Part shown: positions 22,747 to 33,596 of the stretch, one piece after another
Layout of the letters: each line of letters starts with the position of its first letter
How positions within the stretch are numbered: the stretch's first letter is position 1
Source: Octopus sinensis
Taxonomy: Eukaryota
DNA: 64,000 bases
Direction of reading: 5' to 3'
Assembly: GCF_006345805.1 (NCBI RefSeq)
Contig: NC_042997.1
Coordinates: forward strand, 93,682,001 to 93,746,000
Notes under the pieces: generated by a model
Database searches by the model: none
What the model was told of the DNA's origin: nothing
The model's input: the letters and a program-made list of their open reading frames with translations, nothing else
Made by a program: the position numbers and the translations under genes

Positions 22747-25218
22747 ATATATATATATATATATGTGTGTGTGATATATATATATATATATGTGTGTGTG
22801 GTGATATATATATATATATATCTAGGTGTGTGTGTATATATATATATATATCATCATCATCATCATCACATTTAGTAGCGTCCGTTTTTGCCATGCTAGC
22901 TATTGGACGGTCAACTGGGGTCTGGGGAGCCGAAGAGGCTGCACCAGGCCAGTCAGATCTGGCAAGTGTTTCTAACAGCTGGATGCCCTTCCTAAACGCC
23001 AACCACTTCCAGAGTGTAGTGGGTTATTTTATTTCCACGACACAGGTGCCAGACGAGAGGCTGGCGAACGGCCACGCTTTCGGATGGTGTTTTTTAATGT
23101 GCCACCGACACAGGTGCCACACGAGGCTGGGCAGACTGCACGCTCGGATGGATGTTTTTATGTGCCACCGACACAGGTGCAAGCAGATGAGGCTGGCAGG
23201 TGCCAGACGAGGCTGGCAGACGGCCACGCTCGGATGGTGTTTTATGTGCCACCGACACAGGTGCCAGATGAGGCTGGCGGACGGCCCAGATCGGATGGTG
23301 TTTGTTACGTCCCCAAAGCACGGAGGCCAGTCTATGCGGTACTGGCTACGGCCACGTTCGGATGATTTTCTATTGTGTGCCAATCGGCACTGGTACCACA
23401 AAGATACAAATTCCATTTATGCTCATCTATTTTGATTTGTTTTGATTTGATTTGATTTTCACTTGCCTCAACAGGTCTTCACAAGTGTCACTTGCCTCAA
23501 CAGGTCTTCACAAGTGTCACAAGAAGGAAGGTATGCACAGGACTGTCTACGTCGCCGGGTCTTCGGATGGTGTCTTTATGTGCCACCGACACAGGTGCCA
23601 GATGTGGCTGGCGAACGGCCCGATCGGATGGTTTTCTTGTGTGCCACCGGTACTGGAACCACAAAGATACAGATTCCATTGATGTTCATCTATTTTGATT
23701 TGGTTTGATTTTCACTTGCCTCAACAGGTCTTCACAGTGTCACGCGTGTCACACACTTGCCTCAACAGGTCTCCACAAGTGTCACACACTTGCCTCTGCC
23801 TCAACAGGTCTTCACAAAGTGTCACACACTTGCCTCTGCCTCAAGTCTTCACAAGTGTCATAAGAGGGAAGGTATGCACAGGTGGACTGACTACGTCGCC
23901 GGGTCTTTGGATGGTGTTTTTATGTGCCACCGGCACAGGCCAGATGAGGCTGGCGAACGGCCACGATCGGATGGTGTTTGTTGTGCCCACAGCACGGAGG
24001 CCAGTCGATGCGGTACTGGTTACGGCCACGTTTGGGTGGTTTTTGTGTGCCACCGGCCTGGTACCACAAAGAATACAATTCCACTGATGTTCATCTATTT
24101 GATTTGTTTTGATTTGATTTGATTTTCACTTGCCTCAACAGGTCTTCATAAGTGTCACAAGAAGGAAGGTATGCACAGGACTGACTACGTCCCAGGTCGG
24201 GGCCACGGGTTATGGCCTGACTAGTCTTGCCGGGTCTTCTCATGCACAGCATACTTCCATAGGTCTCGGTCTCTAGACATTTCCTTAGTGAGACCTAAAG
24301 TTCGAAGGTCGTGCTTCACCACCTCGTCCCAGGTTTTCCTGGGTCTACCTCTTCCACAGGTTCCCTCCACTGCTAGGGTGTAGCACTTTTGCACACAACT
24401 ATCTTCAGCCTTTCTTGTCACATGACCATACCAGCGCAGCCGTCTCTCTTTGCACGCCACAACTGACGCTTCTTAGGTTCAGCTTTTCTCTCAAGGAACT
24501 ACACTCTGACGATTATGAACACTGACATTACACATCCATCGGAGCTACTGGCTTCATTTCTTGCGAGCTTACGCATATCCTCAGCAGTCACGGCCCATGT
24601 TTCACTACCATGTAGCATGGCTGTACGTACACATGCATCATACAGTCTGCCTTTTACTCTGAGCGAGAGGCCTTTTGTCACCAGCAGGGGTAAGAGCTCT
24701 CTAAACTTTGCCCAGGCTATTCTTACTCTAGCAGTTACACTTTCAGCACACCCACCCCCGCTACTGACTTGGTCTCCTAGGTAGCGGAAGCTATCAACTA
24801 CTTAGTTTGTCTCCCTGGAACGTGGCAGAAGTTGGTCTCTGCATATTTCCAGTGTTTATTGCTCCTGAGCATTTGCCACAGACAAAAACTATTTTCCTAG
24901 TTAGCCTTCCTTTGACATTGCTGCACCTCTTATGTGTCCATAGCTTACACTTGGTGCATCTTATAGAGTTTCTACCTACACCTTTTTTACAGATCGAGCA
25001 GGGCCATCTACCTGAAGGCGTTTGTGATTGATCTACCTTCCTACTTATTAGAACTTTGGTTTGGCTAGGTTGATTCTAAGGCCCTTCGATTCTAATCCTG
25101 TTTCCACACCTGGAACTTCTCCTCCAGTTCTGATAGGGACTCAGCAATTAGAGCAAGGTCATCAGCATAGAGGAGCTCCCAGGGGCAACCTGTCTTGAAT
25201 TCCTCCGTTATATATATA

Positions 25219-25266
<48 letters not shown>

Positions 25267-26361
25267 AAATAAGGAAATGAGAAAATACATCTTAATCAAT
25301 AATCACTACGACCGAAATCAATCACATAATTTATTAAACCACTACATATGAACATTAAGGTCAAACATAATAATATAGAACAAAACAATGTACATCAATG
25401 AGTAATAAGATGCAATAAGTACAGTATGTATAAGTGAATATAAATAAATATAAACTACATCTTACAGCTGTTTCAGCCATGCAGATATGGGTGCCTCATT
25501 ATGCTCATATTAGCCATGTGTGATAGGTTAATATGTAGTTATAAATGAGACACAAAAATATCCCAAGGCCTCTTCAGAGATTATGAAGAAAAACCTAAAT
25601 TAAACATGAAATTCAGAGGAGGTACACCCATATAAGAGTGGGTACATACCCATAATATATAATATACACATACACATGAGTGCATATATCCATACTCCTA
25701 TACATATATATATATATATACATATACATAATAATAATATACAGCAATATACATACATATGTTCTATATTCAAGGTTACAGTTGGTCAAAACAATATATT
25801 AGAATATTTTAATATAGAAACATACACATATCTATATTCAAATGCAGATAAACAAAGTCAAGAGTTCATTATATTAAGTTACAAAATGCCATTAATATTA
25901 CCATCATTACTATTACCATTGCCACTATTGCTACTAATATCATTATTATTATTAATTGCTATTAATAATAATAATGATATTAGTAGCAATAGTGGCAATG
26001 GTAATATTAATGGCATTTTGTAACTTAATATAATGAACTCTTGACTTTGTTTATTTGTTTATCTGCATTTGAATATAGATATGTGTATGTTTCTATATTG
26101 TTTTGACCAACTGTAACCTTGAATATAGAACATATTATCTGGTAGTTGATTATTGATTAAGATGTATTTCTCCATTTCCTTATTTTGTATTATTAATTTG
26201 TGGTAAAACATTTTACCTTTGCCCATATAATACAGTGAATGAATTAATTGCATCGCAATTCTTAACATTTATGTATTAACTTTGTTGGGTGCTTTACTAG
26301 CAGTATATTGGATACATGTTATCCCATGGTGGGTTGCACTCACAACCCCTATCTCAATTTG

Positions 26362-26395
<34 letters not shown>

Positions 26396-27158
26396 ATACA
26401 AATAAGAAAATGAAGAAACAATTTAGTTTGTTCATCAACTTTCGGATATTAGAATGTTGAATTATTTATTCATTTAACAAAATGAGAACCTTAATAGCAT
26501 ACATATATACCTTATAATTCAATACATATCAGATAAGAATACAAATTATAAAAATCATAATATAAATTATTGAAATCGTTAAAATCACTCCTTACAGCTG
26601 TTTCAGCCTATGGTTAAAAGTAGTTTTTTTTTATTGCCTATAGTTGTCAATTGTATTGAGGTTGTAGGCATTTAAAAATAGGGTACTTATATATATATAT
26701 AACCATAGGCCTCGTCAGAGATTATAAAGAACTCCAAAAATATTAATACATGAAACAGGATACACGTATAATTTAATATATATAAAAAATATGAATAAAT
26801 ATCCATATAGACTTATACATGTACATATATACACATATACATACATAAGCAGAGTATATATACTTTTACATGTGTAAAAATACATAAATAAACACAATTA
26901 AACAATAGGTCCAAGTAAATAGACTGTTCGTCATATACATATATACACATATATACTGGGACATATAAACATGTTTATGCTCATGACTACATAAACAATA
27001 ATCAATTATTAATATTATTATTATTATTATATTTACCAATAATAACAATATTATTAGATTTATAGTAATCTTCACTTGATAGTACATGTTATAATAGTTT
27101 CTAATATATCAAATATTATGATACAAGAAAAACAATCCACAATCCATACAAACAAATA

Positions 27159-27189
<31 letters not shown>

Positions 27190-29315
27190 TATGTATATAA
27201 ATATATGAAAAACATACAGTTAGACCATGGCTTCCAGTATATAGTTCTTAATACATACAAGTTCATGCGTATTATGGTTAACAAATAGAAGCAACATGTA
27301 AATGTATTTACACACAAATATACACCAATATCAATATGAGGATTCTTTTCTTTCCGTCAAATTTGAAGTTAAAATCATACTTATATTTGTATTTTTATCC
27401 AACGAATTAATATAGTATCATAGAATAATTCCACAAAAAATTTTCAAATAATAAAACATTTGATTACGTATAATAGCTATGTTAAATGTTATATATTAAT
27501 ATTTTAGAGTTTCAAAATTATTGGGGGTTAGGGAGCAATTATTTTAAATCATAAGCTATTTCTAATTGGTTAATAAATTTGAATTTCTACGCTTCATTTA
27601 CTGTTAGTTAATAGAAGATCTAATTATTAAGTAAATAAACCATGTTAATCACCCGTATTTACAATGTATATCCTTTAATTAACTTTTAGAAATTAATCAT
27701 AAACAAAGAGTTCTTACAATAATCAGTACAATTGTAAATTAATACATGAATAATTATCTTCAAAATTTAATAAAGCATATAAAATTCCAACCACGGTAAA
27801 ATATTTCTTCACCTTTACCCGTTTAATACAATAAATAAGTTAATTGCATTGCAATTAAAAACATTTACGTATTAAGAATTTGGGTACTTTACCAACATAA
27901 TATTGGATAAATATTATCCATTAGTGGGTTGCACCCATAACCCCTAACTTACTTTGTGTTATATATATATACACACACACATGTATACATATATATATGT
28001 ATACACATACATATGTGTACATAAATATATGTATACACACACACATATTGCAGCTAAAATTAAAATTTTAATATTAAAATTTATTATAGTTTACAAATAA
28101 CACTATACTTATCTAAGTAGAATTTAGTTAATTTACTATCTTAAGTATAGAAAAAAGTGACTAATTAGACAAACTTACAAATTAGCTGAACAGTTTTGTA
28201 CAATAAATTTAAAAGATGGGGACTGTAAAGAGTGATAAATTAGAAGAACTGCATTCTTTGCTGCAATATTTTAAGTAAAAAGTTTCTTATTCTTTACTTT
28301 ACTAGAAGTAATAGATTGTCCTATACTTTTCCCGGTGTAATAAATTGTCCTGTACTTTTCCAGGTTCATAATCTTCAGAATATTACTTTTCATGCTCACA
28401 TTTTTCCATGTAATATATATATATATGTGTGTGTGTGTATGTATGTATACATACATATCTATATCTATCTATCTATATATATATAAATGTATATGTGCAG
28501 AAAAGTGGCTGAGTATTAAGAAGCTTGCTTCCCAACCACATGGTTCCAGGTTCAGTCCCACTGTGTGACACCTTGGGTAAGTGTCTTCTACTGTAGCCTT
28601 GAGCTGACCAATGCCTTGTGAGTTGATTTGGTAGGCAAAAACTGAAAGAAGCCCGTTGTATGTATATATATATATATACACACACATGTTTGCATGTCTG
28701 TGTTTGTGCCCCCACCATCGTTTGACAACCGATGTTGAGGTGTTTGCATCCCTGTAACTTTGTTTTTTGGCAAAGGAGACTGATAGAATAAGTACTAGGC
28801 TTACAAAGAATAAATCCTGGAGTTGATTTGTTCAACTAAAGGTGGTGCTCCTGCATGGCGACAGTCAAATGACTGAAACAAGTAAAAGAATTAAAAAAAT
28901 ACATACATATATGTACATGTATACATATACATACACACACACACACATGTGTGTGTGTGGAGGCACAGTGGCCCAGTGGTTAGGACAGCGGACTCGTTGT
29001 CATAGGATCACAGTTCCAATTCCCAAACCCGGCGTTGTGAGTGTTTATTGATTGGAAACACTTAAAGCTCCATGAGACTCCAGCAGGGTGTGGTGGTGAA
29101 CCCTGCTGTACTCTTTCTTCCTGTTTCTGTTGTACCTGTATTTCAAAGGACTAACCTTGTCACACTCTGCGTCACGCTGAATCTCTCCGAGAACTATGTT
29201 AAGGGTACACATGTCTGTGGAGTGCTCAGCTACTTGCACGTGAATTTCACGAGCAGACTGTTCCGTTGATTGGATTAACTGGAACCCTCGTTGTTGTAAT
29301 CGATGGAGTACCATA

Positions 29316-29356
<41 letters not shown>

Positions 29357-29366
29357 CATAATATAT

Positions 29367-29413
<47 letters not shown>

Positions 29414-32400
29414 CATACATATATGTACATGTATGCATATATACAGGGTGCAAAAGATATTTGAGGATAGATTTAAGTTTATAAAAAACAGATATATAAT
29501 AATAGATAATAATTTTATTTATCAGAAAGTGCTATGAGGATAAAAATAAACCTTTTCTATAATGTTATTCAATAAAGCTACCTTCTGCTTCAACAACTGC
29601 TTCTATATGAGATTTAAATCATCCTACATGCTTGAATAAAGTGGTCCTGGTTCATTTTGGACATTACCCTGACTATGGCAGCTTTCAAAGAATCTTTGGT
29701 GCTATGGACATGTTCATTGATCTCTCTCTCAACAACACTTGACATGTAATAGTCCAATCGATTGAGATCTGGGGAATTAGGAGGACAAATGTTAGGGTTA
29801 TGTGATCATGAACATTTTCAGCCATCCATTCCTATGTTACTAGAGCCATGTGTTATAGTGCAGAATCTTACTGAAACACATATAGCCTTCCATTGCATAC
29901 ATTGTATGTATATCCAGGGATTAACAATTGTTTCCAGGACCTCAGTGTAGGTGTCAGAGTAAACTCAAAGGCCTTGTGCAAAGAAGTAAAGAGGAATCAC
30001 ATGTTCTTCATTGCTGACAACCCCTAAAACCATGACAGATGCAGGAAATTTTGTATGCATAATACTTGGAACTTCAGAAGGGTCTGTACATAACCATCTG
30101 TCATTTATTCTGTTAACCTTTTGATCTTGTTTGAAGTTTCTCTCATTTGAAAAAAAAAAAAAAATCTTCTGCTGGATTTTTCAGTTTGTTTAAGAACCTT
30201 TTAAATCTGATATAACAATTTTCTTTTGCTTTTTCTGACAAACTGACCTTTCCTTATCATATAAGATTTATATATGATGTCTTCGTGGACAACATTTCTG
30301 ACTGTTCCTTCTGACGCATGGAGATCTTTTGCAATTGATTTCATGGACTTTCTGGGATTGTAATCAATGGTCTGTTGAACTTGCCAGATGAATTCAAGTG
30401 TTCTGATGATTTCAGAGCATTTAGAATGCTTTTCATGCTTTGATATTGGTGATAACGTTTCCATCTTCAGTCTCTAACTGCTTACAAACTTTGTAGATGA
30501 AAGATCTGGCAACTTTTAAAAATCAAGATATTTCTAAATTGCTATGCTCAGCCTCTATAACCACAAAAACACCATGCCTCTTCATTTCTTGAGTAAGCTG
30601 AGAGTCTGCCATTATTATTTTCTGAAACAAAGATTATACAGAGTTAGCAAAATAAGCAGCAATGACCCAAAAAATGTATGTCCTCAAATACCTTACGTGC
30701 CCTTTATATATGTATACATACATATACATGTATATATATGTGTGTGTGGATGTATACATACATATATATATGTGTGTGTGTGTGTGTACACGTATATTAT
30801 ATATATGTACATGTATACATATATATATACATGTATATATATATGTGTGTGTGTATACATATATAGATGTATATGTATACACATATTTAAATGTATGTAA
30901 TGTATGTGTATATATCTCTCTATATATGCATATTATAATAAAAAAAACTGCTTATTAATTTAGTTACTAAAAGAAAATTAAAATCTATGCTGTCTAGAAA
31001 ATTCTTAAAAATTCCAATTTCAATAAATTTTAATCAAAATGTGGTTTTGGGGATTATTTTATTATTGAAGACTTCAACTACATGATTCTATCAAAAAAGT
31101 TATTTTAATTCACCAGTAGGTAGTCAGCTTTTTATGGGCTTTTTTCACATCATACACTGCAAGATATTTTTTCCTACTATCTCACTTTCCGTTTCTTCTT
31201 TGTTTACCACCTCCATTCCAATTAGTCATTTTTCTTTCTCTATCCTCATAATTTTCCTTCCTCTCTCTCTTATCTGCATCAATTTTTGTTTGCAACATCA
31301 TACTCCCCCTTTGTCTGTGTTTTCTCTCCTTTCATTTGTATCCCTTAGTCTGTTATTTCATTTAACATTTTTCATCTTACTGTGCACGTTCTGTTACTTT
31401 CACTTTCTTCCATAGCAATACTCTCTCTCTCTCTCTCTCATTCACTCTCTACTGCCTCTATTCAATTGTTCTCATTATAAATAAGTGATTACAAGGTTGG
31501 TTTTTTTTTTTAAGAACAGAATATTTGTGAAAATTTTTGCAACATATCTATTTATTATATCAAAATTACATAGAAATTTTACATTTGAAGTTTTGTTATT
31601 GTTAAGTAAAATATATTGATTTCATTTCAATTATTGATTACAATACAATAATACAATATATGTACTGTGCTATTTGTTTCTACTTTAGAATTTTTCAATA
31701 CAACATGGGCTGTTAAAAAAAAATGTAATTAAAAAAGAAGGGCTAACAGCAAAGGACACATCAAAAGGGAGAGCACAATCAAAGAAAACCAAGGCAAAAT
31801 TACTGAAATACATGTCAGAATACACATGTAGGGGTGGAAAATAAGATTCTGCTTTTGCAACACACTACAGACTGGCTGGGGAATCTCAAGAAGAGAATAA
31901 TTCATTCAAAACAATATGCTGAGCCAGCTTTCGGTCTGTGAAAACTGCGTTGGTAATGGATAACTGTCACCAAATGGACAAGTTATGTAGACAAATATCT
32001 CAAGTAGATAGTAGTGAGATGTAGATAATAACAGCAGTGCAAACAAACAGGATGAAATGTAACCAAACTGAATATATACAACAGAATTAATAGGAAAACT
32101 TTCAGAGGAGGAGCGAGGTTGTCAAAGGATTAGCAATGCATGCCAACTCCATCGACTTTTCAGACAGGCTCCACTTTGTTATACATTCTAATAATCCAGG
32201 GATTAAAAAAAAAAAGATATTCTTTGTTGACATTTGCTCACTCTGCAAAATTTACAGATGTCTGATGAATCAAAATGAAATCCTCATGTTGCTTCGAGGA
32301 GAAGGCAAAATCAAACAAACTGCAGCCTCCTTCACCAAATATTTTGAGACACTTCAATGTTTCTTATACAGGAAACAGTTTTCTAGGAAATACACATTCA

Positions 32401-33075
32401 CATAACAATAAGGTAGCCTTGCTCATTATTGTCTTCTATATATAAAAATAAGACGTCATCATCATCGTTTAACATCCGTTTTCCATGCTAGCGCATATAT
32501 ATATATATATATATAATATACTAGCAGTATCGCCCGGTGTTGCTTGGGTTTGTAAGGGAAATAACTATATAAGCATTTTCAGAGAGTTATAGCCAAAAAA
32601 TAGCAAAAAACTGCATTAAAAATGGAAAACAAATTATGGTAAATTTTTTTAAAAATCGTTAACTCATCGTAGACATTTTTAGAGAGTTACTTCCCTTATA
32701 TAATAGCGAAAAAATGCATTAAAATGGAAAAAAATGATGGTAAATTATTTTTAAAATCGTAGACTCATCGTAGACGCGCCCTAATACCCAGAAGGGCTCG
32801 ATATGAATCACGACAATAAGATACCCGGTTTTGGTTAAACTGCACCACAAAATGTGGGAGTAGTTAGGAATCTAAATCGTAGGAGACAGACACACAACTT
32901 CTCTTTTATATATAAAGACATGCTGCCAGTAAAAATATTTGTTAATCATGCATGTACCTTCATAAATTGTACAAAGTGAAAGTCCTTTTTTAAAGTCTGT
33001 GATGTATTGTCTATATGTTGAAAGACACAGAAACATACAAACAACCAAAAAAGAAAAAGAAATACATACATACAT

Positions 33076-33114
<39 letters not shown>

Positions 33115-33563
33115 GGTTGTATACTGTCAACTCAATGTGACAGTCCCGTATATATATATATATATAGGCGCAGGAGTGGCTGTGTTGTAAGTAGCTTGCT
33201 TACCAACCACATGGTTCTGGGTTCAGTCCGACTGCATGGCACCTTGGACAAGTGCCTTCTAATATAGCTTTGGGCCGACCAAACCCTTGAGAGTGGATTT
33301 GGTGGATGGAAACTGAAAGAAGCCCGTCGTATATACGCATATGTATATATATGTGTGTTTGTGTGTCTGTGTTTGTACCCCCAACATCACTTGACAACCA
33401 ATGCTGGTGTATTTACATCCTCGTAGCTTAATGGTTCGGCAAAAGAGACCGATAGAATAAGGACTAGGCTTACAAAAATAAGTCCTGGGGTCGATTTGCT
33501 CGACTAAAGGCAGTGCCCAGCATGGCCGCAGTCAAATGACTGAAACAAGTAAAAGAGTAAAGA

Positions 33564-33596
<33 letters not shown>

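Larger units (their letters stand above)
25262..27960. mobile_element. Penelope-like pseudo-LTR / retrozyme-like complex, non-coding
   Basis: Diverged direct repeats carry hammerheads, with inverted segments and a repeated gtgggttgcac-ca-aacccct block (~26328, ~27927); no intact ORF seen. The PLE assignment is inference. Confidence 0.55.

Noticed and set aside
21746-23435. Long ORFs of up to 552 aa (YIYI/CVCV-rich)
   Set aside because: They are translations of a stop-poor TA/TG microsatellite running into LINE UTR. The same applies to similar ORFs near 28-31 kb, 44.5 kb and 63.5 kb.
23030-24200. Repeat-spacer-like pattern resembling a CRISPR array
   Set aside because: The units are degenerate tandem copies with non-unique intervening sequence, in a eukaryotic LINE 3' UTR, with no cas genes.
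28271-28456. YYTGKS segment as a GIY-YIG endonuclease remnant of a Penelope element
   Set aside because: The motif spacing and downstream R/EH residues are absent; similarity is too weak.
31700-32420. Unique-looking tract considered as a CFAP157 exon or separate gene (ORF 32136..32405)
   Set aside because: No recognisable homology and no convincing in-phase exon; the better candidate is at 21110-21256.
33167-33240. tRNA genes at SINE heads (also 3088, 12928, 13330-13405, 28495, 28957, 37310-37384)
   Set aside because: They have A/B boxes but no full cloverleaf and continue into SINE bodies.
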